This document shows, piece by piece, positions 39,029 to 49,113 of a stretch of 64,000 nucleotides of DNA. The notes beneath the pieces were generated by a model. The model saw nothing but the letters and a program-made list of their open reading frames with translations. It was not told the DNA's origin and made no database searches. The DNA lies in the NCBI GenBank assembly GCA_041661645.1, contig JBAZUA010000002.1, forward strand, positions 97,944 to 161,943. Direction: 5' to 3'. This DNA comes from Minisyncoccota bacterium (GTDB lineage Bacteria > Patescibacteriota > Minisyncoccia > Phycocordibacterales > UBA6065). A program made the translations under genes and the position numbers. Positions within the stretch are counted from its first letter, which is position 1, and the number at the start of each line of letters is the position of its first letter.

Positions 39029-39943
39029 ATGGCAAACAGGCACCTTGCAAGATCAGTAGTTATCCAATCACTCTTTGAGTGGGATTTCCGCGGTAACGTG
39101 GATGCTGTTCTTTCTGCCGCCATAGACAGGAATGCCGCCGAATTCGCCCCCGGGGGCGCCGCCGAGGTCGTGTTCATGAAGGAACTGGGTGCCGGAATAC
39201 TGTCAAAGCGTCCCGAGATAGACCTCATCATCACCAAGGCGGCGCCTGACTGGCCGCTCGACAAGATATCGATCGTCGACAGGAACATCCTGCGCATGGG
39301 CCTCTACGAGCTCCTCTTCGCCGACCGCGAGGAGGTTCCCTCCAAGGTCGCCATCAACGAGGCCATCGAGCTCGCAAAGAGCTTTGGTGGCGAGAACTCG
39401 GGCAAGTTCGTGAACGGCGTGCTTGGATCGGTCTACAAGGAGATGGGCGAGCCGGGCAAGGATGCCGTCTCGAAGAAGAAGGACGACAAGTTCAACATAC
39501 CCTTCGAGAAGATGCCCATCCTCAAGCTCGGCGGCGCGGTCGTCTTCTCGAGACATGCCGATGCCATATATCTCGCCCTCGTGCACGACGTCTTCGGACG
39601 ATGGACCCTGTCAAAGGGCGGCATCGATGAGAACGAGGAGCTCAAGGAGGGCACCCTGCGCAAGATAAAGGAGGAGATAGGCATCGACATCAGGCTTCTT
39701 AAGGAGGTGGCCGCAAACGAATATGTCGCCACCCATCCCGAGAAGGGCAAGCTCCGCAAGCAGGTCACCTACTTCTTGGCCGAGGCGGAATACCAGCCCC
39801 TGACCCTGAAGAAGTCCGGTGGCCTCGACAAGGCACAGTGGTTCAAGGTGGACGAGATCACCGATCTTAATTTCTATGACGACATGCTCCCCATAATCGC
39901 AAAGGCCGTCAAGCTTATACCGAAGCAGCAGATCAATAAATAA
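39029..39943 (+). CDS. nusB: NusB with C-terminal NUDIX-like domain
   Basis: RHLAR, DRNILR, INEAIELAK.FG..S.KFVNGVLG; then WTLSKGG..E.....LRKIKEEIG. Confidence 0.92.
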   Translation: MANRHLARSVVIQSLFEWDFRGNVDAVLSAAIDRNAAEFAPGGAAEVVFMKELGAGILSKRPEIDLIITKAAPDWPLDKISIVDRNILRMGLYELLFADREEVPSKVAINEAIELAKSFGGENSGKFVNGVLGSVYKEMGEPGKDAVSKKKDDKFNIPFEKMPILKLGGAVVFSRHADAIYLALVHDVFGRWTLSKGGIDENEELKEGTLRKIKEEIGIDIRLLKEVAANEYVATHPEKGKLRKQVTYFLAEAEYQPLTLKKSGGLDKAQWFKVDEITDLNFYDDMLPIIAKAVKLIPKQQINK

Positions 39944-39951
39944 CTTTCCGC

Positions 39952-40650
39952 ATGGACATCAATTTCGCACGATTCGAGGAGAAGGCTGGCATCACCTTCA
40001 AGGACAAGGCGTATCTTCGCCAGGCCTTCACGCACAGGTCATACATAAACGAGAACAAGAACGTGAAGCTCGAGCATAACGAGCGACTCGAGTTCCTCGG
40101 CGACGCCGTGCTCGAGCTCATCATTACGGACTTTCTGTATAAGTCATATCCGAACAAGCCTGAGGGCGAGCTGACCACCTATAGGTCAGCGCTCGTAAAC
40201 TCCGTCACTCTTTCCGAGGTCGCGTCGAACCTGACCATGAACGATTTTCTTCTTCTTTCGAAAGGGGAGGCAAAGGACACGGGTCGCGCAAGGCAGTATA
40301 TACTCGCCAACACATTCGAGGCCGTCATCGGCGCCATCTACATGGATCAGGGATACGATATGGCCAAGCTTTTCATCGAGAAGCACATTTTCGTTTTTGC
40401 CGATCAGATGATTTCAAAGGGGAATCTCGTCGATGCCAAGAGCGCCTTTCAGGAGAAGGCACAGGAGAAGGCCGGCATCACACCTTCATACAAATTGGTG
40501 CGTGATGCCGGCCCCGATCACGACAAGTCGTTCACCGTCGGCGTCTATATCGGCAAGGACCAGATTGCCCTCGGCGAGGGAAAATCAAAGCAGGAGGCCG
40601 AGCAGAATGCCGCCGTCCGCGCCCTCGAGGCAAAGGGGTGGAATTCATAG
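39952..40650 (+). CDS. rnc: Ribonuclease III
   Basis: NERLEFLGDAVL, FEAVIGA, dsRBD GPDHDK..SKQEAEQ. Confidence 0.97.
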   Translation: MDINFARFEEKAGITFKDKAYLRQAFTHRSYINENKNVKLEHNERLEFLGDAVLELIITDFLYKSYPNKPEGELTTYRSALVNSVTLSEVASNLTMNDFLLLSKGEAKDTGRARQYILANTFEAVIGAIYMDQGYDMAKLFIEKHIFVFADQMISKGNLVDAKSAFQEKAQEKAGITPSYKLVRDAGPDHDKSFTVGVYIGKDQIALGEGKSKQEAEQNAAVRALEAKGWNS

Positions 40651-40695
40651 CCTTCCCCCTATTGCGAAATGCGGGTGAGGCTGTATGATGGAAAT

Positions 40696-41514
40696 ATGTA
40701 TGTCAGGAAAGGCTTCACCCTCATCGAGCTCCTCGTCGTCATATCGATAATCGCTCTCCTCTCGAGCGTGGTGCTGTCGAGCCTCGGTTCGGCACGGGCG
40801 AAGGCTCAGAAGGCGGCAGCCCAAGTGTTCAGCGCACAGTTTGCGAGTGGCCTTGGTGCCGATGCCGTCGGACAGTGGAAGCTTGATGAGGGGTCTGGCG
40901 CAGTTGTCTCTGATTCCACGGGTCTCGGAAACACGGCCGCCGTGATTGGCACGGCTTCTTGGTCCACCTCGGATACTTTCTCTGGGACGGGCGCATCTTT
41001 TTCATTCAGTGGATCGAATTACATTCAGGGTACCATCCCTTCATCGACTTTCTCTGGGGATTTCACCATAACGGCCTGGTTCAAACGGACCGCTGCCTCG
41101 ACCTGGGGAGCCATGTTCTCGAACGCTGTCGGGGTCAATAGCACTCCCATCATGACTATGAGGAACAACACGACCCAGTTTGGCATGATGAATGTCGGGG
41201 TGAGTGAGACCCAGGGTGTTTACATAGACCTCGGCTCCGATGTGAACAACAAATGGATATTCGGTGTTGTCATGAGGAGGGGGAATACCATAACGGTCAT
41301 GGCGTTTAAGGATGGGAAAATGCTGAGCTCCAGTGGCCCTCTCTCGTGGACTCTGAATACCGGTAACGGCTTCTTCATCGGTCGCCATTATTCCGGCGGT
41401 CTTAATTTCATCGGCCTTATTGACGAGGTCGCGGTATATTCTGACGCGCTCCAGTTCGCGCAGATAAGGCGATTGTATGAAAAAGGCGCAGAAAGGCTTC
41501 TCGTGTTCAGGTGA
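40696..41514 (+). CDS. Pilin-like protein with LamG/concanavalin-A-like domain
   Basis: KGFTLIELL; WKLDEGSG, FTITAWF, F.GLIDEVAVY. Confidence 0.88.
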   Translation: MYVRKGFTLIELLVVISIIALLSSVVLSSLGSARAKAQKAAAQVFSAQFASGLGADAVGQWKLDEGSGAVVSDSTGLGNTAAVIGTASWSTSDTFSGTGASFSFSGSNYIQGTIPSSTFSGDFTITAWFKRTAASTWGAMFSNAVGVNSTPIMTMRNNTTQFGMMNVGVSETQGVYIDLGSDVNNKWIFGVVMRRGNTITVMAFKDGKMLSSSGPLSWTLNTGNGFFIGRHYSGGLNFIGLIDEVAVYSDALQFAQIRRLYEKGAERLLVFR

Positions 41515-41528
41515 TAAACCATTAATTA

Positions 41529-42053
41529 ATGAGTGCGCATTTAACGACATACCATTCGGAGGTTCGTCTCAAGAGGGGTTTTACCCTTATCGAACTTCTC
41601 GTGGTTATATCTATAATTGCGCTTCTTTCGAGCGTGATCTTATCAAGTCTTGGATCGGCTCGTGACAAGGCCAGAGATAGCGCTAGGATTGTGGCCATAT
41701 CAAGTCTGAGAAACGCGATCAATCTGTATCAGAATGACAATGCCGGAGACTATCCCGTTGCAACCCCCAATAGGGGTGACGGTTGGGCACAGAGTTCGCT
41801 CGCACCGACGACCTTTATGTCGAATCTCGTAACGGCTGGGTATCTGCCTACCATTGTAAAAGATCCTCAGAATAACGATGACCCACACTCCCTCTATTAC
41901 AAGGTGGGTGATTTCAGTGGTTTTTGCGCGTCGGTCCCCAACACCAAGGCCATACTTCATTTCTACATGAAAAATCCGGCGAAGCTCCCTTTCATAGCGT
42001 GCTCGGGTCAGGGTCCCAGCGGGGTGTATGGGCAGTGTCTCTGTCTAAATTAG
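41529..42053 (+). CDS. Type IV pilin/pseudopilin-like protein
   Basis: RGFTLIELL..ARDSAR..YLP..DP. Confidence 0.88.
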   Translation: MSAHLTTYHSEVRLKRGFTLIELLVVISIIALLSSVILSSLGSARDKARDSARIVAISSLRNAINLYQNDNAGDYPVATPNRGDGWAQSSLAPTTFMSNLVTAGYLPTIVKDPQNNDDPHSLYYKVGDFSGFCASVPNTKAILHFYMKNPAKLPFIACSGQGPSGVYGQCLCLN

Positions 42054-42124
42054 GTGCGACGTTTGGGCGATAAAAAAGCCGGAAGCGCATGGTGTGCGTC
42101 TCCGGCCTTTGATTTTTCCGTCCC

Positions 42125-42367
42125 TTACGGTGCTTTTCCTCGTCGGTGAAGCACCAGGGAGAGGACTGCCAGGATGGCGATGACTACCAGCGTCGCCTCC
42201 GTCCATTGCATGGTGGTCCCGTCTATGGGCGGCATGCCCCCAAGCTTGTTAGCCGCGGCCACGAACAGTGTCATGAAGAACACTGCGGAGAACATGCTCA
42301 TGAATAGCAGTGTCGATGTGGGTAAGCCATCGACGAACTTGTTGTGCAAAACAGCGATTTTTTTCAT
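42125..42367 (-). CDS. Small orphan membrane protein
   Basis: Two TMs; TTGACT-17-TATAAT upstream on the minus strand; hairpin downstream. Confidence 0.65.
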   Translation of the reverse strand: MKKIAVLHNKFVDGLPTSTLLFMSMFSAVFFMTLFVAAANKLGGMPPIDGTTMQWTEATLVVIAILAVLSLVLHRRGKAP

Positions 42368-42481
42368 AGTTTCTGTATATCATTATACTCTTAATTTATA
42401 CCAAAGTCAAGTATAGTAACACCCTGATTTCAAGCCCTTTAAATGCTATATTTAAGGAACCTTTCAGGCATACCTTTTCCC

Positions 42482-44749
42482 ATGTATCTCAAATCCCTCG
42501 AACTCTTCGGCTTCAAGTCATTCGCAAAGAAAAGCGGCCTCGAATTCACCGCGCCTGTCACCGCGGTCGTCGGACCGAACGGGTCGGGGAAATCGAACGT
42601 GGCCGAGGCCTTTCGCTTCGTGCTCGGCGAGCAGTCGATGAAGTCCATGCGAGGCAAGCGAACCGAGGACCTGATCTTCAACGGCGGCGACAGCCAGTCG
42701 AGGAGCAATCGTGCCTCGGTCAGGCTCGTCTTCGACAATCAGCCACATAACGGCACACGTCTCCTCAACATAGACTTTGACGAGGTCGCCATCGAGCGCG
42801 TCATCCATCGTGACTCCCTCTCGGAATATTTCATCAACGGCTCTGCCGTGAGGCTTCGCGACATCGTCGAGCTCCTGGCCGGCGCCCATATCGGATCGTC
42901 GGGGCATCACATCATCTCCCAGGGCGAGGCGGACAGGATTCTGAATGCGAACATCAAGGAGCGTCGCGAGATGATCGAGGACGCACTCGGCCTCAAGGTC
43001 TTCCAGTACAAGCGCGAGGAGAGCAATCGCAAGCTCGAGAAGACCCGCGAGAACATGGAGAAGGTGGAATCCCTTCGCAAGGAGATCGCGCCACATCTCA
43101 AGTTCCTCAAACGACAGGTGGAGAAGGTCGAGAAGACCATCGCCTTACGCGAGGAGCTCACGACCTTGTACAAAGAATATCTCAAACGCGAGACGAAACA
43201 TCTTTCCGATACGGAGGCATCGCTTGCCGCCGAAAGCGCCGGTCCAAAGGCTGATTTGGAGCGTCTGGAGCGCGAGTTATCGGATGCCAAGGCAACTCTC
43301 GACGCCTCTGCGCACAAGGACGTGAAATCGACCGAGCTCATAGAGCTCGAGGCCAAGCTCAAGCAGGTGCGCCAGTCCCGCGACGATGTGACCCGCAGCA
43401 TGGGCCGCATCGAGGGAGAGATCGGGACGCTCGAGAAAATCCTGGCGCGCGAGCGGGCGAGCGCGCAGACCGAGGTCACTACCATCGAGTTCGCCCAGGC
43501 GAAAGGCCTGGTGTCGCGCGTCGAGGAGCTGTGCGGCGAGATCGAGGGCTCTTCTGACATGGGCTCTGTGCGTGGCGTCCTGGTTAAAATACGTGAATCT
43601 CTGAAGGCCTTCCTCGACTCAAACAAGAACATTCGGGCCGAGAACAGGGCGGGCGACATAGAGAAGGAGATTTCAATACTGCAGGAGCGAAAGGCCCAGG
43701 CCGAGACCGAGAGCAGGGAAAGGGAGGCCGAGCTTTCGGCCCTTTCCGCGACCTATGCCGTGCTCCAGGGGGACATAGAGAAGGAGAAGGACAACTCGCG
43801 CGACGCCGAGAAGGCGATGTTCCGCGTCATGGCCGAGCAGAACGAGGTGCGAGGAAGGCTGTCCGTCCTTCGCGTTCGCGAGGACAAGCTGCGTATGGAG
43901 AAGGAGGAGTTCCGACGCGAGCTCGAGGAGGGCGCCATCCTCATTGGCCGTGAAGTCTATCTGTTTGAGTCCGACGCGACCGAATATCCAGTCGAGGAGA
44001 GGCATACACAAGAGGAGCGTCGCAAGCAGGTGGAGAAGCTCAAGATACGCCTCGAGGATTCAGGCGCTGTGTCACCTGGAGACGTCATGAAGGAGTTCAA
44101 GGAGACCACCGAGCGTGACGAGTTCCTCGCCCACGAGCTGCTCGACCTCGAAAAGTCCGCCCAGTCCCTCACTGATCTCATCAAAGAGCTCGAGACCAAG
44201 CTCGACACGCTCTTCGCGGACGGCATCTCGAAGATAAACGAGCAGTTCAAACAGTTCTTCGCCCTTATGTTCGGCGGAGGGGAGGCGTCGCTCGCCGTTG
44301 TGCGCGAGAAGAAGCGCAAGCGCAGCCTCTCGCCCGAGGAATTGGCTGAGATGGGCATCGTAGGCGACGAAGAGCCTGAGGAAGAGGAGACCGAGCTCGG
44401 CGTCGACATCACCGTCAACCTGCCTCGCAAGAAGATCAAATCCCTCGAGATGCTCTCGGGAGGCGAACGTGCCCTCACGTCCATCGCGCTTCTTTTTGCC
44501 ATCTCTCAGGTCAATCCGCCTCCTTTCATAATCCTGGACGAGACGGATGCTGCCCTCGACGAGGCAAACTCGAAGAAGTATGGCGACATGGTAGAGAGCC
44601 TCTCCAAGCATTCCCAACTCATCGTCATCACCCACAATCGCGAGACCATGTCGCGCGCAGGCGTCCTCTATGGCGTCACGATGGGCAGGGAGGGATTCTC
44701 CAAGCTTCTCTCGATCGCCTTCAATGAGGCATTGTCTGTGGCTAAATAA
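42482..44749 (+). CDS. smc: SMC-family ATPase, short (755 aa)
   Basis: GFKSF, GPNGSGKSN, IISQG, LSGGE, ILDETDAALD, VITH; long coiled coils. Confidence 0.9.
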   Translation: MYLKSLELFGFKSFAKKSGLEFTAPVTAVVGPNGSGKSNVAEAFRFVLGEQSMKSMRGKRTEDLIFNGGDSQSRSNRASVRLVFDNQPHNGTRLLNIDFDEVAIERVIHRDSLSEYFINGSAVRLRDIVELLAGAHIGSSGHHIISQGEADRILNANIKERREMIEDALGLKVFQYKREESNRKLEKTRENMEKVESLRKEIAPHLKFLKRQVEKVEKTIALREELTTLYKEYLKRETKHLSDTEASLAAESAGPKADLERLERELSDAKATLDASAHKDVKSTELIELEAKLKQVRQSRDDVTRSMGRIEGEIGTLEKILARERASAQTEVTTIEFAQAKGLVSRVEELCGEIEGSSDMGSVRGVLVKIRESLKAFLDSNKNIRAENRAGDIEKEISILQERKAQAETESREREAELSALSATYAVLQGDIEKEKDNSRDAEKAMFRVMAEQNEVRGRLSVLRVREDKLRMEKEEFRRELEEGAILIGREVYLFESDATEYPVEERHTQEERRKQVEKLKIRLEDSGAVSPGDVMKEFKETTERDEFLAHELLDLEKSAQSLTDLIKELETKLDTLFADGISKINEQFKQFFALMFGGGEASLAVVREKKRKRSLSPEELAEMGIVGDEEPEEEETELGVDITVNLPRKKIKSLEMLSGGERALTSIALLFAISQVNPPPFIILDETDAALDEANSKKYGDMVESLSKHSQLIVITHNRETMSRAGVLYGVTMGREGFSKLLSIAFNEALSVAK

Positions 44750-44802
44750 TATGTTACTGTGACAGCCGTTTTGTTCTTCAACCCCCCCCCACTGTCTTAC
44801 CT

Positions 44803-45237
44803 ATGTCTATGTATCAAAGGATGGCTGCCATCATCTCCGCTCAAAAAGTTGTCGATTCTGCCGGCAGGGCTCAGTTGATTCTTCAACGTCAGGTGTATCT
44901 GTTTCACAAGGTCATCGAGGGCATCGATTGCCTCGATCGAAGGCTAAGCGTTCATGGTCTCAGATGGTTTGACGGACTCCCCGAGTCCGTCGATTTTAAT
45001 CTCAGCCGCTTCGACGAGTCCCCGTTCGTCGTCGCTTTGAATAACCTCCTCTCGCCAGAGGTCGCCGCCGCTTTAGTGAGGGGTTTCTCCCTCAGTCGGG
45101 CGATTCCTCTCGGCTACGTCGCTCAGAATTTGGTCGAGGCAGAGTTTATGACCATGCTCTGGAGGGAATGTGCCAGGCAGGCCCGCCTCCTCGCTGTCCC
45201 TGTGGAAAGCGACGCTCTTGCCGTGGCCTGTGCCTGA
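44803..45237 (+). CDS. Orphan hypothetical protein
   Basis: 144 aa ORF followed by a bidirectional hairpin at 45253-45283. Confidence 0.55.
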   Translation: MSMYQRMAAIISAQKVVDSAGRAQLILQRQVYLFHKVIEGIDCLDRRLSVHGLRWFDGLPESVDFNLSRFDESPFVVALNNLLSPEVAAALVRGFSLSRAIPLGYVAQNLVEAEFMTMLWRECARQARLLAVPVESDALAVACA

Positions 45238-45289
45238 TATGCCTGTTACGCAAAGCCGCCCGAACAATTCGGGCGGCTTTTTCTTTGAG

Positions 45290-47221
45290 TTATTTCGTCG
45301 TAGTATCTGTCACTATCTGATAGTCGAGCATCCTCTTCTCGAGGTCGGCGTTCATGACCTTGAACTTTACCGAGTCGCCGAGGCTGTACTTCCTGCCGGT
45401 CTTCTCGCCCACAATGGCGTACTTCTTCTTGTCGAGGGAGTAATAGTCGTCCGTCATGGTCATGAGGCGCACCATGCCCTCGCATTTGGTCTCCTTGTCC
45501 TCGAGGTATATGCCCCACTCGGAGACGCCTGTGACGAGGCCGTCAAAGACCTGTCCCACTCGCTCGGACATGTACTGAACCTGCTTGTACTTGATCGATG
45601 CGCGCTCGGCCTCGGCTGCCTTAACCTCCCTCTCGGAATTCTCCATGGCGATCTTCTCGTACATGGTGGCCTCGCCCTGGGCTATCTGACCGCCCGTGAG
45701 CTGTCGCTGAAGGAGTCGGTGAACGATGAGGTCGGCGTAGCGGCGGATGGGGGAGGTGAAGTGTGTGTAATATTCGAAGGCCAGGCCGTAGTGTCCGATG
45801 TTCTTGGTCGAGTAGATTGCCTTTGCCATCGATCTGATGGCAGCGGTCTTGATGAGGAATTCCTCGGGTTTGCCGGCGATCTTCACGAAGAGGGCCTTGA
45901 GGTCCTTCACCTTGACGCCTTGTTTCGTGACGGGGAGGTCGTAGCCGAGTGCGCGTACGAAGAGGGCGAGCTCGTCTATCTTCTCGGTGACGGGCACGTC
46001 GTGTATTCGATAGAGGAAGGCCCCGCGGGTCTTCTCGTTCGACTTCCACATGTGATGGGCGACCTCTCGGTTGGCGAGGAGCATGTATTCCTCGACCAGC
46101 TTGTGGGCGTCCTTGCGCACCTTGCGGAAGACGCGGATGGGGCGGCCCGTCTCGTCGAGCTGGAACTTGACCTCGTCCTGCTCGAAGTCGAGCGCACCCT
46201 CGGCCTCCTTCACGGCGCGAAGCTTCTTTGCTATCGAGTTGAGGAGGTTCAATTCCTTGAGATACTCGCCGTCCTGCTTGTCCATGACCTCCCGGGCGCC
46301 CTCATAGGCGAATCGCTTCCAGGACTTGATGATGGTCTTGCCGAACCAGCGGTCGAGTATCGCGCCCTCGCCGTTCATGGTGAACACGGCCGAGAAGGTG
46401 AGCTTCTCCTCGTTCGGGTTAAGCGAGCAGACGTCGTTCGAGAGCACCTCGGGAAGCATCGGCACGGTGCGGTCGACGAGATACACGGAAAATCCTCGCT
46501 GGCGGGCCTCTGCGTCGAGTGCGGTGCCTTCGGTCACGTAATGCGAGACGTCGGCGATGTGCACGCCGATCTCATAGGTGCCGTTATCGAGGAATTTGAC
46601 GGAAATGGCGTCGTCAAAGTCCTTCGCGTCCACGGGATCGATGGTGAAGGTCGGGGTGTCGCTGAAGTCGCGTCGCTTGGCGCGCTCGGCTGGGCTGATT
46701 GTCTTGTTCTTCTCGATTGTCTCCGCCTCCTTGGTAACCTGGGGAGGGAAGTCATACGCCAATCCTCGGTCGAGGATGATGGCGCGCATCTCGGTGTTGT
46801 TCTCGCCGTGCTGTCCGATGACCTCGATGACCTTGCCCAGAGGGGACTTGGCCGCGTCGTTCCATTCGGTGATTTCCACGTATACCTTTTCGCCGCCCTG
46901 TGCGTTCATGGCGTCGGCGGGGCGAATGGCGATGTCGCGATAGAGTCGTTTGTCGTCGGGGGTGAGGAAGAACATTTGATCCACCTTCTCGATGACGCCA
47001 ACGAACTTCATTTTTGCCCGCTTGATGATCTGAATTACCTTGCCCTGCCTTCGATTGCGCTCGGTCTTGCCCGTGAGCTCTACCACCACCTCGTCGCCGT
47101 GAAGGGCCTTGCTGAGGTTCTCGCTGCGTATTTCCACATCGTCCTCGAAGCCTTCCTGGGATATGAAGCCTGTGCCCTTGGAATTGACGCTGATAATGCC
47201 GGTTATAGTCTTGTCTTTCAT
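45290..47221 (-). CDS. rnr: Ribonuclease R
   Basis: TIDPVDAKDFDDA, HIADVS, HFTSPIRRYADL, C-terminal S1 domain. Confidence 0.96.
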   Translation of the reverse strand: MKDKTITGIISVNSKGTGFISQEGFEDDVEIRSENLSKALHGDEVVVELTGKTERNRRQGKVIQIIKRAKMKFVGVIEKVDQMFFLTPDDKRLYRDIAIRPADAMNAQGGEKVYVEITEWNDAAKSPLGKVIEVIGQHGENNTEMRAIILDRGLAYDFPPQVTKEAETIEKNKTISPAERAKRRDFSDTPTFTIDPVDAKDFDDAISVKFLDNGTYEIGVHIADVSHYVTEGTALDAEARQRGFSVYLVDRTVPMLPEVLSNDVCSLNPNEEKLTFSAVFTMNGEGAILDRWFGKTIIKSWKRFAYEGAREVMDKQDGEYLKELNLLNSIAKKLRAVKEAEGALDFEQDEVKFQLDETGRPIRVFRKVRKDAHKLVEEYMLLANREVAHHMWKSNEKTRGAFLYRIHDVPVTEKIDELALFVRALGYDLPVTKQGVKVKDLKALFVKIAGKPEEFLIKTAAIRSMAKAIYSTKNIGHYGLAFEYYTHFTSPIRRYADLIVHRLLQRQLTGGQIAQGEATMYEKIAMENSEREVKAAEAERASIKYKQVQYMSERVGQVFDGLVTGVSEWGIYLEDKETKCEGMVRLMTMTDDYYSLDKKKYAIVGEKTGRKYSLGDSVKFKVMNADLEKRMLDYQIVTDTTTK

Positions 47222-47400
47222 GGGCCTCACTATAGCAGAAAAGTTGACTTTTGTGTGTCTGGGCGTAGCTTTAGGTCAGAATCGATGGATATACCGTTCA
47301 TTGAAAGGAAACTATCTCGTGGGACCGCGCACGCGCGAATCCGCACGGGACCCTTTTCACGAAAAGGGCACAGACATGGCTACGGCCAGAAAGGTTCATT

Positions 47401-48177
47401 ATGAATGAGAAAACTGGTGGGAAAAAGTATCGGATGTATGGTGGAACTGTTGTCGCCCTCTGTGGGAACCCTCATGACGGCAAGGGTGCGTTCGAGGCAA
47501 GTCTCGTGTTTGCCCTCGATAGGATCGGTTTCAAGGAGAGAGTGGTCTATCTGAGGGATCTGATTGCGGACATCGTTCCCAAGCATGCTTGGAATAACGG
47601 TGACGAATATGCCAGTCGGCTTATTGCCCTGTTTAACAAGGCGATGGTCGATAGCGCCTGTGAGGGCATTCTCATGCCTGTGGATGGTCGCCCCGGCGAA
47701 TACCAGTTCGAGGATGTTGAGTTCCCGGAAGGTGTTCATCCTATACACGGCAGACATGTTTCGATTCCGCCCGAGCTTATGAAGCTCTATGCTTCGTTAC
47801 CCGTTCAGGTCGAGCATCGGTGGGGCGAGCCGGACAAGTCCGCCATGCTTAAAACCAAAGGGGAAATCATTCGAACGCTCTTTTACTATTGCTCTGGTGA
47901 TCCCGGGTATCTGTGGAAGGTCCTCGAGTTTCTTCTTAACTGCTCGAATAATAAGCAGATGCTGGTTGAGGAGACCAATATGTGGAAGTCTCACCTGAAG
48001 GATGTTCTCACATATCTTCAGGCTGGCGCCATATTTGCCCATGCCGAGAAGGTCGCCAACTGGGACGTCCACACGGCCTTCAGGGAAGACCTTCTGAGGT
48101 TTCTCCTCGTCGCCCGACTCAAGAAGATGGGCATGAGGGAGCTTGTGGCCAACGTTACTCAGAGCGCTCTTGTTTAG
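47401..48177 (+). CDS. Orphan hypothetical protein
   Basis: 258 aa; TTGACT at 47245; terminator at 48192-48219. Confidence 0.65.
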   Translation: MNEKTGGKKYRMYGGTVVALCGNPHDGKGAFEASLVFALDRIGFKERVVYLRDLIADIVPKHAWNNGDEYASRLIALFNKAMVDSACEGILMPVDGRPGEYQFEDVEFPEGVHPIHGRHVSIPPELMKLYASLPVQVEHRWGEPDKSAMLKTKGEIIRTLFYYCSGDPGYLWKVLEFLLNCSNNKQMLVEETNMWKSHLKDVLTYLQAGAIFAHAEKVANWDVHTAFREDLLRFLLVARLKKMGMRELVANVTQSALV

Positions 48178-48274
48178 GCCGTCGTTAGTAGGCCCCGTCC
48201 GCAAGGACGGGGCTTTTTCTTGCCCAAGGCCTTTCAAATTGACGATTTTACATATGTTTGCTAATATGTGCCAC

Positions 48275-48616
48275 ATGCTAAAAATCAGACTTCAGCGAGT
48301 GGGCCGAGTGAACGTACCTACGTTCCGCGTGGTTCTCACCGATTCAAAGAACTCAACCAAGAGCGGTAAATTCCTCGAGATCCTCGGCACCTATGACCCT
48401 GTTCACGATGTGAAGGAGGTCAAGGCCGACCGCATCAAGCACTGGATGTCAAAGGGCGCCCAGGTATCCGATACCCTCCATAACTTCCTTATCCACAAGA
48501 AGCTCATCTCGGGCAAGAAGGTCAACAAGCTCCCGAAGAAAAGCCCTATCGCAAAGGAAGGCTCAAAGGTAGAGGCATCAGCCCCTGTTGCTCCAGCTGC
48601 AGCACCGACCGCATAG
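48275..48616 (+). CDS. rpsP: 30S ribosomal protein S16
   Basis: MLKIRLQRVG, LGTYDP, WMSKGAQVSDT. Confidence 0.96.
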   Translation: MLKIRLQRVGRVNVPTFRVVLTDSKNSTKSGKFLEILGTYDPVHDVKEVKADRIKHWMSKGAQVSDTLHNFLIHKKLISGKKVNKLPKKSPIAKEGSKVEASAPVAPAAAPTA

Positions 48617-48744
48617 TCTCAGGCCATATCGGCCGAATGACCCTAGAACATCGCCCGCTCGGGCGATTTTCTTTTTGCGGGGCCGTGCTAGAATATCCAT
48701 AGAAGTATTTAACTTCTTCATTACCCCGCTAATCACATTCAACT

Positions 48745-49056
48745 ATGGAAAGAGACGCACAATTCCTCGATTTTCTGATAAAGGCTCTCGTGGACAATCC
48801 GACCGACGTAAAGATCAGCCGCACCGTTGACGAGATGGGCGTGCTCCTGACCCTCGACGTCAATCCTGCTGACATGGGCAAGATCATCGGTCGAGAGGGA
48901 AACACGGCCAAGGCCATTCGAACCCTCCTGCGAATCGTGGGCATGAAGAACAACTCTCGCGTCAACCTCAAGATAAGCGAGCCTGCCGGTGCCGCCCCAA
49001 AGGAGACCAAGGCAACCAAGACCGTGGACGAGGCGATGGCAGATCTTAATCTCTAG
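48745..49056 (+). CDS. khpA: KH-domain RNA-binding protein
   Basis: LVDNP, DMGKIIGREGNTAKAIRTLL; follows rpsP. Confidence 0.92.
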   Translation: MERDAQFLDFLIKALVDNPTDVKISRTVDEMGVLLTLDVNPADMGKIIGREGNTAKAIRTLLRIVGMKNNSRVNLKISEPAGAAPKETKATKTVDEAMADLNL

Positions 49057-49113
49057 CTTCGGCTTTCTGTGCAGCGACGCTTAGTCCTTAAGGAAATTTA
49101 GGCTATCAAGGCC

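Noticed and set aside
45170-47404. 744-aa ORF antisense to rnr (likewise 4619-5827, 29822-31174, 55875-57692 and others)
   Set aside because: Shadow ORFs caused by strong codon bias of the real gene on the opposite strand; no motifs
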